This document shows positions 8,052 through 17,884 of a stretch of DNA of 57,053 nucleotides, piece by piece. Under the pieces are notes generated by a model. That model saw nothing but the letters and a program-made list of their open reading frames with translations, had not been told where the DNA came from and ran no database searches. Source of the stretch: a virus (Duplodnaviria; Caudoviricetes); the IMG/VR virus record IMGVR_UViG_3300015206_000001, positions 1-57,053 of that record; one strand, written 5' to 3'. Both the position numbers and the translations under genes were made by a program. The first letter of the stretch is position 1. Each line of letters begins with the position of its first letter.

Positions 8052-9596
8052 TCAGAACAGGCGGCGCCGCGGGTCGCGCCAGCCCAGCGTGGTCCAGTTG
8101 AAGGAACAACCGGTCTGCGGCGCGACCGTCACCGATCGCGCGGTGTTGACGCGAATACGCGAGACAGTGCCGCTCTGCATGTTTCCGCCGGCGCCTGAAA
8201 CGGTGAGAAAACCGAGGGTTTGTGTGGGACCTCCCCCCGTCGGCCCCGCAACAATCGAGCCGCCGCCGGACGGCACCAGGACCGACACTCCGAAGATGGC
8301 CTCCACGGCAATCCCGTTCGGCACCGAGAGGGTGACCGGTCCGGTCGCCGAGATCGTCCCAGTGCTAATCCCGGTGGCAAGCTCGAACTGGTCGCCGAAC
8401 TGCTTCATCGCGATGACGTTGGCGCTCGCATCCGTCAGGAATGAGCCAAGGCATTGCTTGGTGGTCCAGCCCGAAGGCATCGCAGGCGACGGATAACTCT
8501 GCGAGGCCAGGATGTCGAAGCCGTCGGCTGTCGCGGTGCAGCTGGTGGTACCGACATTGGCACCGCCATTGTTGTAACTGACGCTGGTGGACGTCACCGC
8601 CGTGATCACCGCGATGCCGTCAAAACCGCCGCCGACCCCGATCACGCGGACCGTGCCGCCGACACCGAGGTTGTGCCCGGTCGGCAGTGTCAGCGAAGCC
8701 ACATTGCTCGATCGCGAAAACGCGCTGACCGAAATCGCGAGCTTTCCGATCAGATAGGCGTGCCAGGTCTGCGAGTTGCCCTTGGTCCCTGTGTCGCAGG
8801 CGCCCTGGCTCGTCCCCCCTATTCCGCCGCCTGGCGCCCATGCGGTATCGAGCCGCTTGGCCATTGCGCCGGCCAGCTGCAGGTTCGTGACATCGCTGTC
8901 GTCGCGCACGCGGCCGATCGATATGTCGATATCGCGCGTGGCGTTGGTGGCATCGTTCGAAAGCTGCAGATTGTCGGCCGGCTGGGTCCCGACGGCACCC
9001 AGAGGCGCAGCGCCAGCGGCCAGCATCGGCGCCGTGATCGATCCGGCTCCCGGCTGAAGGCTGCGGCCGATCTGGAATTCCGTGCCATCGAAGCGAAGGT
9101 CGAGCATCTGGCCGACCACATAATCGTTCGGCACCAATATGGTCGCATCGTTGTGGGTGACGTTGAAGGTGCCGACGCCGCTGATGGCGATCGTGGTCGC
9201 ACCGCCCGGACAAGGCTGCGCGATCTTGACGTAGATATTATCGCCATCATTCAGGCTCGGAAACGCCGGTGACAACGCGACGATGATCTGGCCCGGCGTC
9301 GTCGATGAATCGACACCGAAGGGCGGGTTTTTGCCGGCCAGTTGAATCGCGTTCAAAAGCATATTCGGATTGGCGTTGCTGAGTGCCGTTCCGAGCAGGT
9401 TCATCCCGCGGATGGCATTGCGGACCTGCTGCAGCATCCGGTTGAACCACAGCGCCGACATGAACGTTCCGCCGGACGTGGTGCCGGGCGGACAGTCCTG
9501 GAACCAGGTGTCGGTCGCGCCAAACGACACGCTGTCGGTCGGCTCGACCGTGGTCGAATTCGGCGCGTTGCCGGGTCCTAGCAGGTCGATGGACAT
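8052..9596 (-). CDS. Tail fibre protein
   Basis: Follows the baseplate genes; N-terminal GTFMSALWFN...LLNAIQ attachment motif; Gly/Thr-rich. Confidence 0.8.
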   Translation of the reverse strand: MSIDLLGPGNAPNSTTVEPTDSVSFGATDTWFQDCPPGTTSGGTFMSALWFNRMLQQVRNAIRGMNLLGTALSNANPNMLLNAIQLAGKNPPFGVDSSTTPGQIIVALSPAFPSLNDGDNIYVKIAQPCPGGATTIAISGVGTFNVTHNDATILVPNDYVVGQMLDLRFDGTEFQIGRSLQPGAGSITAPMLAAGAAPLGAVGTQPADNLQLSNDATNATRDIDISIGRVRDDSDVTNLQLAGAMAKRLDTAWAPGGGIGGTSQGACDTGTKGNSQTWHAYLIGKLAISVSAFSRSSNVASLTLPTGHNLGVGGTVRVIGVGGGFDGIAVITAVTSTSVSYNNGGANVGTTSCTATADGFDILASQSYPSPAMPSGWTTKQCLGSFLTDASANVIAMKQFGDQFELATGISTGTISATGPVTLSVPNGIAVEAIFGVSVLVPSGGGSIVAGPTGGGPTQTLGFLTVSGAGGNMQSGTVSRIRVNTARSVTVAPQTGCSFNWTTLGWRDPRRRLF

Positions 9597-9608
9597 AAAT
9601 TAAATCCT

Positions 9609-10331
9609 TCAGATCGTGACGTAGGTCGCCGGCACATGTGCCGGCAGGATGCGTTCCAGAAGGCACTGCAGCGCGCCGATCGACGGCGGACAGTTCAGCG
9701 TCATGCCGGCGAGCAAGAGACCAGCAAGCGGCTGGATGGCCTCGGCGCCGCCCGCAAAGGCCGGGCTGTTTTCGAGCGAGACCGTGATCGTTAATCCGAG
9801 CGAGACCTCGCCGCCGCCGGCGGTAAACCCTCCGGCAAATACCGAGCCCGCCTGCGAGCCGCAAAAGCCGGCGTCGTTTGCGATCATCACCGACCAGCCG
9901 GCCTGCGCTGCGACCGATTCGAAATACGAAGGTTGCGAACCGCCGACTGCCGAGACCCTTGTGCAAAGGTCGGCGCCGGGATCACACGGATCCGGCAGCC
10001 CATATTCCTCGTTCCAGAGGTCGAGCGTCTTTGAGGCCGTGGCGCAAAAGAACTCTTCCTTCAACGCGCAAATATCGGCCTCGACCGCGTTCTTCACCGC
10101 GGCCAGTGCCACATAAAATCCGGCCTGGACGTAACCGGGCAGCCATTCCGAGATCGCCGGAACGCTGCCGTTGAGCGCCTGCAGCCATGCGAGAAACCGC
10201 GCGATCGTTCCGCCGCCGTCATTGACGGGCCACGCGGCGCCGCGTGGCAGATTGGCGCAAAGAGCAACAGCCGTTTGCTCCAGCGTCGGGCAGACGAACG
10301 GCGCCGAGACGGTTTGCGGACAGGATGTCAT
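9609..10331 (-). CDS. Baseplate wedge protein (Mu gp48/DUF2313-like)
   Basis: LPRGAAWP, LDLWNEEYGLPD, LERILPAH. Confidence 0.85.
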   Translation of the reverse strand: MTSCPQTVSAPFVCPTLEQTAVALCANLPRGAAWPVNDGGGTIARFLAWLQALNGSVPAISEWLPGYVQAGFYVALAAVKNAVEADICALKEEFFCATASKTLDLWNEEYGLPDPCDPGADLCTRVSAVGGSQPSYFESVAAQAGWSVMIANDAGFCGSQAGSVFAGGFTAGGGEVSLGLTITVSLENSPAFAGGAEAIQPLAGLLLAGMTLNCPPSIGALQCLLERILPAHVPATYVTI

Positions 10332-10338
10332 GACGCGG

Positions 10339-11478
10339 CTATTCGAACGTCAGCGTGCCGAGCACGGGGATCTGACCGACGGCCTGCGATACGTCAGCTG
10401 TCGGCGAGACCACCTTGCCGCGCGACACGCCGGTCGCGTCCGCCACCGCGCGCTCCAGCCATTCCAGGGCAAAGGTGCTTGGCGTCGCCAGGAACGGCAT
10501 TGCCGGATTGCCGGGATCGTTGCCGGCCACCACCGCCTGGCGCTCGAACGCCGACAGCAGCTCGGCCTGCACGGCGCTTTGCGTGGTGCTGTTGGAGGGC
10601 GACAATCCCTGCACCGTGACGTTCACGGCCAACGCCAGCGGCGCATAGACCGTGACCACGGCGCCCGCCGGCGCCACGGTCGCCAGATAGTTCGCGATGT
10701 TGGTGATGTCGCCGGCCTCGGGAATCCCGTTCGGCCGGGTGTTGTCCATCAGCGGAAAAATTCTGACGGTGCCGGGCCCGGCCCATTGCCGCTCGACGAA
10801 TACTCGCGTGACGCCGGGGATCTGCATCGCCCAGGTCACATAATCCGCTGGCGCGCCCGCTTGCGGCGGATTGCGCTTCTTGAACAGGATCCGGTAGCGA
10901 TAGGTCCCCGGCGGCGGGGTGAAATAGTCGCCGTCCTGTTCGACATCGGCACCGCCGCCGAGACCGCCGGTTCCGACAGCCGCCGTGGCATTGGCATCGC
11001 CGTGAACGTCGGTCACGCCGGAAATGATCTGCATCGTGGTGCCGGCAATGGTGTTCGATGCGCCTGCCGGAACGGATGCCTGTACCGGCACATTGAGCGT
11101 GCCGGCGATGTTCAGCGAGACCGCCTGGGTCGCGGTGAACTGCACGCCATCGCTGCGCTGGAACACGGCGCCGAACGCGACATTCACCGCGTCGGCGATT
11201 GTCAGCACGATCGACCCGTTCGACGGCGTCGCCGGATTGCGGCCGAGATTGATTTCGGCGCCATGGCGATCGAGGTTATCGCCGTCGGCCGTGATCGCGA
11301 ACTTCTGCCGCTGCGTATAATCCAGGAAGCCGTACAGCTCCTGCGACATCGCGCCGACGACCTTCGCGGTCGGATTTACGTTGTTCGGCCACAGCCACGC
11401 ATCGGTGCCGGGCAGATAGGTCCGGAATGCGGCGCGCGCCTTTTGCACGGACTGCAGGAATGTCGGGATCGGAAACAT
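10339..11478 (-). CDS. Baseplate J-like protein (Mu gp47-like)
   Basis: TADGDNLDRHG, GGGADVE, GAPADYVTWA..PGVTRV, GPGTV. Confidence 0.92.
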   Translation of the reverse strand: MFPIPTFLQSVQKARAAFRTYLPGTDAWLWPNNVNPTAKVVGAMSQELYGFLDYTQRQKFAITADGDNLDRHGAEINLGRNPATPSNGSIVLTIADAVNVAFGAVFQRSDGVQFTATQAVSLNIAGTLNVPVQASVPAGASNTIAGTTMQIISGVTDVHGDANATAAVGTGGLGGGADVEQDGDYFTPPPGTYRYRILFKKRNPPQAGAPADYVTWAMQIPGVTRVFVERQWAGPGTVRIFPLMDNTRPNGIPEAGDITNIANYLATVAPAGAVVTVYAPLALAVNVTVQGLSPSNSTTQSAVQAELLSAFERQAVVAGNDPGNPAMPFLATPSTFALEWLERAVADATGVSRGKVVSPTADVSQAVGQIPVLGTLTFE

Positions 11479-11481
11479 TCT

Positions 11482-12027
11482 TTAAGCCGAGGCCTGCAGT
11501 TGCGACCAGATGATATCGAAGGCGCGGTCATAGACCTTCGAGCCGTCGCGACCGAACATCTCGATCGCGAGCAGAAGCGTGTTGCGGTTGGCAATGGTTG
11601 CGACCGCGTTGATGGTGACGACCGCGCCTTGGGTTTGAAGCGGCGCGAGCGCCTGCAGCGCGAAGCTCTGCGCCCAGAACGCGGTCCGCGATGTCAGCGG
11701 CGCCCGCTTCAACACCCAGAGAAACGATCCGAGCACTGTCTCGCCGAGATCCGCGCGAACGTCGATGCCATCGCCCCACCAGCCGCGAAAATCGCCGTCA
11801 CTTACCAGATAGGCCAGCGGATGGTTCGACGGCAGCTGTGCGTCGGTGAACAGACACAGCACCACCCCCGTCTCGAGCGCGGCCTCGGCCTGCAGTCCGC
11901 CGGAGTTGAGCGGCGCGTTGCCTGCCAGGACAAAGTCGGCAATGCCGGCTTCCTGGTCGAAGATGGAATCCCACAATAGGAACGGATCGGGCTGACAGGC
12001 TTCGTCCGATCGAATGAGGATTTCCAT
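11482..12027 (-). CDS. Mu gp46-like baseplate protein
   Basis: LETGVVLCLFTDA, RGWWGD, GSFLWVLKR. Confidence 0.88.
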   Translation of the reverse strand: MEILIRSDEACQPDPFLLWDSIFDQEAGIADFVLAGNAPLNSGGLQAEAALETGVVLCLFTDAQLPSNHPLAYLVSDGDFRGWWGDGIDVRADLGETVLGSFLWVLKRAPLTSRTAFWAQSFALQALAPLQTQGAVVTINAVATIANRNTLLLAIEMFGRDGSKVYDRAFDIIWSQLQASA

Positions 12028-12039
12028 GGCCTGCCTGAT

Positions 12040-12507
12040 TTACTGTGCAAACAGCGTGGTCGAGGAAGCGCCGCCGGCGAGAGCGACCGGCGTGTTGGCT
12101 GAAGCCGACCCGACATGCATCGGCCCGACCACCACCACCTTGGTCGCCGTGATCGTCAGCGTGCCGCAGACCAGTTCGACATTCTGTTCGATGAATTTCA
12201 GCACCTGGCCGAAGGCGTCATAGAGCGCGACGCCGCCGATCGGCAGGTTCTTGACGCGTGACTTCTGATCCTCGCCGCCGACAAACACCGCGCGATCGGA
12301 ACGGCCGCCCAGGCAGGCGAGAAGCCCGTCGGCGCCGACCGGCATGTTCGATGTCAGACCGAACTGCTGGATACGCAGCACCTTCGAGAGCTGCTCGGAG
12401 GCCAAGCCCGTCAGGGTCAAGAGCTGTCTCGATCCGGTATCGTCGCTCGAGACCACCTGCGCCCGGCGCAGCATGGTCCGGACGGCATGGCGATCGTCGT
12501 GACTCAT
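12040..12507 (-). CDS. Baseplate spike (Mu gp45-like)
   Basis: QQFGLTSNMPVGA, GGRSD, GGVALYD. Confidence 0.88.
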   Translation of the reverse strand: MSHDDRHAVRTMLRRAQVVSSDDTGSRQLLTLTGLASEQLSKVLRIQQFGLTSNMPVGADGLLACLGGRSDRAVFVGGEDQKSRVKNLPIGGVALYDAFGQVLKFIEQNVELVCGTLTITATKVVVVGPMHVGSASANTPVALAGGASSTTLFAQ

Positions 12508-12513
12508 TGCGCG

Positions 12514-13566
12514 TTAGTCCTGATCGTCGATCGACCAATCGCTACCGGCCGATCCGCCCTTCCCGGCTTTGCCGCCGAAAGCCCGTGGATCCACCAGGGT
12601 CAAATCGGCAAACGAACCTTTGCGGTTTTGCCGCAGCTTGCGATGCTTGATCATCATCAGCTGCGCGATGTTCAAAAACGTGCTCTCGGTCCAGACCAGG
12701 TTTCCAGGCGTCCAGAGCGTGCCGGTGTCATCGCGAAAGCCCTGCACTGTAACCGAGGCTTTCAGACTTTCGCCGGCTTCGCGGTCGCGCCTGGTGTCGG
12801 CCCGTTCTTGGGCTTCATCCGCCGTCAGATCACCATCTTCGATCAGCACCAGCGGGCGATTGCGGTTGACCGCGGTGTCTTGCGACGTCGCCTCGATCTG
12901 CAGCGCGGTCGCGCCCGAATTGTCAGGCTGCTGCCCGCGCACGATGATCTTGGAATGCCGATGTGCCCAGTTGAAGTCGCCGTCGGCGTCAATAATATTG
13001 ACGCCTTCGAAAAGACCGCCGGAGTGGCGCGTGGTGCCCGCCTTCGTGATCTTGATCGTGCCGTCGGGCTGGCCCGCCAGCGTCAGACCTTGTTTGCGCG
13101 AAAGGCGTTCGATGGCGGCGAAGGCGGTTTCCCCCGGCGTGATCTGATACTCCGCGACCGCGCTTAGATCCTGATCGGTCGAAAACCCGCAGCTAAACTC
13201 GTCGAGCTGCTGCGCGATCTGCATCAGGTTCTGGTTTTCGAAACGGCCCGTCGAATGCATCGCGGCGCTGTCGACAAAATCCTGCGATTTGCCGCGGCCG
13301 GCGATACCGATGGTCGAAGGCGAGCGGCCTTTGATCGATGGCTGATAGCGATCGACAAATCCCGTGAAAGCCAGGTCATCGTTGCAAAAAATCGTCAGCG
13401 GCATCCCGGCAGAGAACGTGGCGGCTGTGGCCGCAGATCCGATGAACGCAGGCGTCACCATCGAGAACTTGTCGGTGCCATGGTCGAAGGCGCTCTCCAG
13501 TTCGATCGAAGTGAACCCAGTCCAGGAATTACCGCCGACCCGGACGGTGACAATCTCTTTTCCCAT
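12514..13566 (-). CDS. Baseplate hub (Mu gpP/gp44-like)
   Basis: TGFVD, GRGKSQDFVD, PGETAFAAIERL, GFRDDTGTLWTPG. Confidence 0.88.
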   Translation of the reverse strand: MGKEIVTVRVGGNSWTGFTSIELESAFDHGTDKFSMVTPAFIGSAATAATFSAGMPLTIFCNDDLAFTGFVDRYQPSIKGRSPSTIGIAGRGKSQDFVDSAAMHSTGRFENQNLMQIAQQLDEFSCGFSTDQDLSAVAEYQITPGETAFAAIERLSRKQGLTLAGQPDGTIKITKAGTTRHSGGLFEGVNIIDADGDFNWAHRHSKIIVRGQQPDNSGATALQIEATSQDTAVNRNRPLVLIEDGDLTADEAQERADTRRDREAGESLKASVTVQGFRDDTGTLWTPGNLVWTESTFLNIAQLMMIKHRKLRQNRKGSFADLTLVDPRAFGGKAGKGGSAGSDWSIDDQD

Positions 13567-14906
13567 CAGGGAGCGGGCCAGCTGGTTGGTAGCGAGCTGG
13601 GCGCCGGCGAGTTCGGCGCCAGCGCCATGAACTCGGTCGGCATGAACGACGGATGCACCACGTCATTGCGCAGCACCAGGTCGAACGCCCGCGTCGGGTC
13701 ACCATAGAGCCGCCAGGCCCACCAGAACGCCGGCATCGACTGCGGCGCGGACACGGTCACGACCGGCGCCAGATTGGCGATCAGCTGGGTCAGGAACTGC
13801 ACGGTCGACCCCTGCAGATCCTCGATCGCGGAAAACACTTCAGCCCCCGCAAGGCCGCTCCAGTTGTCGAGTTCAAACTCCAGCCGTTCGGCGACCGCTG
13901 CGCGCGCCGCGACGCCATCGGGGCGGCTGTTATAGGTTTTCCGCTGCAGCGCCTCGCACCAGGCCGTAAACGCCGCCAGCCGCGCCAGCGCGGCGATGGA
14001 AGCGGTATTCGCCGCCGCAGCCGTCGCATTGACCGACAGCGCCGTGGTGACGGTCACCGGCGCAAAATCCAGCGCGAGGCCGAGCATGGCGCCAGCGCCG
14101 GCATCCGCGTTGCCTTGCAGTCCCTCGGCCAGCAATCGGATGGTGGCGACGATGCTGGCGGCAAGAACCGACGACGGATCGGTCGGCACGTTGTCGATGT
14201 CCGGCACAGCGCTCAAGAGATTGGCGACGTCGATCGGGTCGGCCGGATCCTCGAAAGCCAGCAGCAAGGGTGCTGCTTGCGTAATCGCGGCATCGGCCGC
14301 GGCAACCTGCGCCGAAATGGTCGCATCGCAAGGATTCGATGTCCGCACCAGCTCGATCGAGGTCGCAATGCCCTGCACCGCATCGATCGCGGCCGCCAGC
14401 ACATAGTCGGCGACGTTGTTCAGCACCAGCGCGCCCGGAAACAGGTCGGCAATCGAGGACGCCATTTCATCAGCGGAATCGAACACGCCCTGGCCGAGCA
14501 TAGCTGTCGAGGTCAGAGCCTGTGGCGCGCCATCGATGACGAACTTCAGCGAAAAGGCGATGAAGCCGAACTTGTCCTTGTCGGCGGTGCGGCGGAAGGA
14601 CTCGCAGTGCACCTGCACCGGGCCCTGGATCGGCACCACCAGCGTGCCAGGTCCTTCGGTCTCGAAAATGGACTCGAGGTTCAGCGCCTGGGTGTCGGCG
14701 TCATCACCATGCACATAGCCGGTGCCTTCGTAGGTCCGCGTCTTGCGGCCCATGTCCTCGACAAAGGACTGTTCGGCATGCGGCGGTTCATGGATGCCGA
14801 GATCGCGGCCGCCGGAGGATTCGTCCCGATCGAAAAAGAACGGCACGCCCATATAGGACGCAGGCCACAGCGTCGTGGTCCAGTCGCGGCATTCGATAGT
14901 CGTCAT
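13566..14906 (-). CDS. DNA circularization protein (Mu gpN-like)
   Basis: ASYMGVPF, HEPPH, EDMGRK; C-terminal AWRLYGDPTRA..HPSFMP. Confidence 0.9.
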   Translation of the reverse strand: MTTIECRDWTTTLWPASYMGVPFFFDRDESSGGRDLGIHEPPHAEQSFVEDMGRKTRTYEGTGYVHGDDADTQALNLESIFETEGPGTLVVPIQGPVQVHCESFRRTADKDKFGFIAFSLKFVIDGAPQALTSTAMLGQGVFDSADEMASSIADLFPGALVLNNVADYVLAAAIDAVQGIATSIELVRTSNPCDATISAQVAAADAAITQAAPLLLAFEDPADPIDVANLLSAVPDIDNVPTDPSSVLAASIVATIRLLAEGLQGNADAGAGAMLGLALDFAPVTVTTALSVNATAAAANTASIAALARLAAFTAWCEALQRKTYNSRPDGVAARAAVAERLEFELDNWSGLAGAEVFSAIEDLQGSTVQFLTQLIANLAPVVTVSAPQSMPAFWWAWRLYGDPTRAFDLVLRNDVVHPSFMPTEFMALAPNSPAPSSLPTSWPAP

Positions 14907-16975
14907 GGTTGAGGCCCGTCAAACGACATCGCTTCCGGCATCGACTTTCCGACCGATCCGGTCGAGGTCACCGTGCGTTCTTCACCGTTCGGGTTGCGGA
15001 AGATCGACGTCACCCGCGCCCAGAAACCTTCGGAAGCACCCACTTCGACCTTGACCCTGACCTCCTGCGGCTCGGGATGCATGATCGCCTGCGCCAGCGC
15101 ATAGTCGCCACCCATCGCGCCCGACATCGGATTGTCGACCAGAGACTGAAACGCCTCCGGATTGTCGCGCACCGTGCTCGCTGCGACGTATGCCGCAGCA
15201 GCGCCGCCGGCGCCAACACCGGCGACAACGCCGAATGGCGAACCGATAATAGATCCCACGCCCCAGCGCGCCGCGGTTTCGGGCGAAATTATCTTAAAGA
15301 ATTTCATGGCCGACAGCGCGCTCTGATAAGAGACGGCACCGCCCGCTGCGAGCGTTCCCAGCAAACCTCCGGAGGCTGCGACCGGATGCTCGCGCGCAGC
15401 TTCCGTCAAGGCGTTCAAACCGCCGGCAATGTGGTTGAGCGCCGCTGCGGCCGGCTCTGCCAACGGCGAGCCCGCCGCCTGCAACAGATTTCCGAACTGC
15501 TCGGTGACGCTCTTGAACGCCACATACGGGTCGCGCTGCTGGAACAGCTCCGCTGCCTCCGAACCTTTCGCGCCTTTGATCAATGCGCGATCTTTTTCGA
15601 TCCGGGACTGCTGGGTCGCCAGCACGCTGACCATTTGCGCCGCGGTCGAGTCCTTGAACAGGGCGGCGATCTGATCCTGAATTTCCTTCGGGTCGGTGAT
15701 GCCATGGGCTGCCAGTGCCGGAAGCAGGACCTGGTTGACCCAGGCATAGGGATTTTCCGCTGCCAGGCGCCCGGTGGCGATGCCGTTCGGCATCAGACCT
15801 TTCACAGCGCCAGTCTTGGTGCGCAGTATTTTCGAGGGATCGGCCAGGCCAAGCTCGACGAATCTCTTCGCCGCAACATCCTTCATCTTGCCGCCGATCA
15901 GCGTGCCATAGAACGTCGACATCGCCTTGCCGGCGCTGGAGCCGCCCATTTCCTGCGCGAAGGTCGGCGCGACCTCGAGCATGAATTCATCGCTCAGTGC
16001 ATTGGTGGCGGCGCGGCCATACTTGAACGTCTCGTAATAATCCGTCGGCCGCAGCGTATCGCCGAACACGTTCAGCGCCTTCGACATGTTGTCGAGGTAA
16101 TGCTTGAACTTCGGCATGTCCTGGGTGACGCCCTTGATCTCCATGCCTTTCACGAGCTTGTCGAAGTCCGCTTCCAGTTCCTCGGAGCGCTCCGGATGGG
16201 CGCCCTGCGCCACCACATAGGTTTGCAACAGCGGCTCGATGATCTGGCTGGCTTCTTCGAAATTACCGACGATCGAGCGCGCGTTGCGCAACAGATGCAG
16301 GATCTTGGTCTGCCCGACGGATCGGTATTTGCCGCTCATTTCGGCGGATAGTTTTTCGGCTTCCGCGATTTCTGCCGGCGTCATGCCGGACGCTTCCATA
16401 CGCACCCGTTCGTGCTCGCCTTGCGCCGTCGCCTTGATGGTCTCGCGCGCGCCCTCACGTGCCGCGTGTCCGACGACCAGGGCGCCGCCGGCGGCCACAA
16501 CGCCCCCCGCCGCCGTCCGCAACCGCTGCGCCCGCTCTGCCTGGCGTCCTTGGCGCGCCAGCGCGTTCGTTGCGTGGTCGGACTCGGTCCTTAGGCGCGC
16601 CTGCTCGGCCGCGAGCCGCGACACCGAGATGCCGTAGCCTTCCAGCTCGTGCTTGGCGCCGATCGCCGCGGACTTTTGCGCCTCGAACGACCTGGAGGCC
16701 TGCTGAACGGCGCGCACCGCTGATCGGTAAGTCGCCTCCATCGCCTTGGTCTTTGGACCGATCGCCGACATCGCCTTGCCGGCGTCCTCGACGGCCTTTT
16801 GCGCCTGGTTGAATTTGCCGCGCGCGCCGGCAAATTTTTCCTGGGCTTTGCGGAAATTATCGACGCTCTTTGCCGCGCTCTCGACCCGCTTGGCGACATC
16901 CTCCAGCGCCTTGGTCGACGAGCCATCGGCGCGGCCGCGAATGACCAGCTCGGCATCGAGTACCCTGGTGGTCAT
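14903..16975 (-). CDS. Tail tape measure protein
   Basis: Ala-rich helical 690 aa directly after the tail chaperones. Confidence 0.85.
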   Translation of the reverse strand: MTTRVLDAELVIRGRADGSSTKALEDVAKRVESAAKSVDNFRKAQEKFAGARGKFNQAQKAVEDAGKAMSAIGPKTKAMEATYRSAVRAVQQASRSFEAQKSAAIGAKHELEGYGISVSRLAAEQARLRTESDHATNALARQGRQAERAQRLRTAAGGVVAAGGALVVGHAAREGARETIKATAQGEHERVRMEASGMTPAEIAEAEKLSAEMSGKYRSVGQTKILHLLRNARSIVGNFEEASQIIEPLLQTYVVAQGAHPERSEELEADFDKLVKGMEIKGVTQDMPKFKHYLDNMSKALNVFGDTLRPTDYYETFKYGRAATNALSDEFMLEVAPTFAQEMGGSSAGKAMSTFYGTLIGGKMKDVAAKRFVELGLADPSKILRTKTGAVKGLMPNGIATGRLAAENPYAWVNQVLLPALAAHGITDPKEIQDQIAALFKDSTAAQMVSVLATQQSRIEKDRALIKGAKGSEAAELFQQRDPYVAFKSVTEQFGNLLQAAGSPLAEPAAAALNHIAGGLNALTEAAREHPVAASGGLLGTLAAGGAVSYQSALSAMKFFKIISPETAARWGVGSIIGSPFGVVAGVGAGGAAAAYVAASTVRDNPEAFQSLVDNPMSGAMGGDYALAQAIMHPEPQEVRVKVEVGASEGFWARVTSIFRNPNGEERTVTSTGSVGKSMPEAMSFDGPQP

Positions 16976-16976
16976 G

Positions 16977-17159
16977 CTATCTGCGCCGCTTTTGCTTGTT
17001 CAACCAGGAGACCATTCGCCTGTGCCAATAGACCAGTTCGTGAAGACTCAAGCGGCCGATCGCATCGAGGCTGAAATTGCCGACGCCGCCGAAGGCCAGC
17101 TCGTCGGCTAGGTCTTCAAGCCCTCTTTGGGAGCCTCGGCGTCGGCCAGGAAAAAACCC
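16977..17159 (-). CDS. -1 frameshift extension of the tail assembly chaperone (P2 gpE'-like)
   Basis: Slippery GGGTTTTTTC at 17159-17150; the -1 frame encodes LADELAF..FSLDAIGRLSLHELVYW. Confidence 0.75.
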   Translation of the reverse strand, partial: GFFPGRRRGSQRGLEDLADELAFGGVGNFSLDAIGRLSLHELVYWHRRMVSWLNKQKRRR

Positions 17160-17434
17160 ATGATGGCGCCCTTGACCTTTTGCGCCAGCAGGAAGTCGTC
17201 TTTCGGCATCAAGAGCTCGGATGGCTCGACGATCAGCACCTTCGCGTAAGCGCGGATGACATCCATGTTCTCGGCGGCAAAGCACTGGTTGCCGACACCG
17301 GTCGGGACCCAGATGTAAGGATCGCCATAGGCCATATATTCATCGAAGGTCGGCGGACGCAGCACCACCTCGTTGATCGGTCCTTTATGGCCGATGACTG
17401 GCTTCGAAAGCGGAATTCGGACTTCATTCGCCAT
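17108..17434 (-). CDS. Tail assembly chaperone
   Basis: IPLSKPV..EVVLRPPT; lies between tube and tape measure. Confidence 0.8.
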   Translation of the reverse strand: MANEVRIPLSKPVIGHKGPINEVVLRPPTFDEYMAYGDPYIWVPTGVGNQCFAAENMDVIRAYAKVLIVEPSELLMPKDDFLLAQKVKGAIMGFFLADAEAPKEGLKT

Positions 17435-17437
17435 CGA

Positions 17438-17833
17438 TTACAGCCGCGTATAGGCGTTAGCACCGGCCTCAAGCGCCACGCCGCTGATCTCGCCGGTCGC
17501 CGTGTTGTAGACCGGGCTGCCGGTGAAGGTGGCGCCGGTCAACAGGTGCGTGCGGCCGTTGTCCTGCTCGGCTGCCGTGGCATCGATCGAGCAGGCGCTC
17601 ATATTGGTCTGCCAAACGATGCCACTTCGCTCGCGGAAAGTGATCTCCCACTTGAACGGCATCAGCTTGATCTTCCGGCATAACGTGCCGTCAGAATTCA
17701 GTTCGGACGAAACATCCAGGTTTGAGACCGTCATCTTGATATCGCCATCGGAGGCCGGAAACTGCTGACCGCCGATGGTGAGCTGGATGCGACCGCCGAA
17801 TTGGGTATCGCAGCCGGACGTCTGATTGGCCAT
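17438..17833 (-). CDS. Tail tube protein
   Basis: 131 aa directly after the sheath; Mu gpM-like size and position. Confidence 0.8.
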   Translation of the reverse strand: MANQTSGCDTQFGGRIQLTIGGQQFPASDGDIKMTVSNLDVSSELNSDGTLCRKIKLMPFKWEITFRERSGIVWQTNMSACSIDATAAEQDNGRTHLLTGATFTGSPVYNTATGEISGVALEAGANAYTRL

Positions 17834-17884
17834 TGAAGTGGTCTCCGAATGTCAGGTGTTAGCGGGTTGCTGCGCTTTCGCAAA

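Noticed and set aside
8052-9596. Diversity-generating retroelement or invertible tail-fibre cassette
   Set aside because: No reverse transcriptase, invertase or TR/VR pair seen.
10171-11979. Long plus-strand ORFs opposite structural genes (also 13653-14912, 14909-16351, 27113-28342, 3431-4618)
   Set aside because: They are antisense shadows of well-supported GC-rich genes, with no motifs or RBS.
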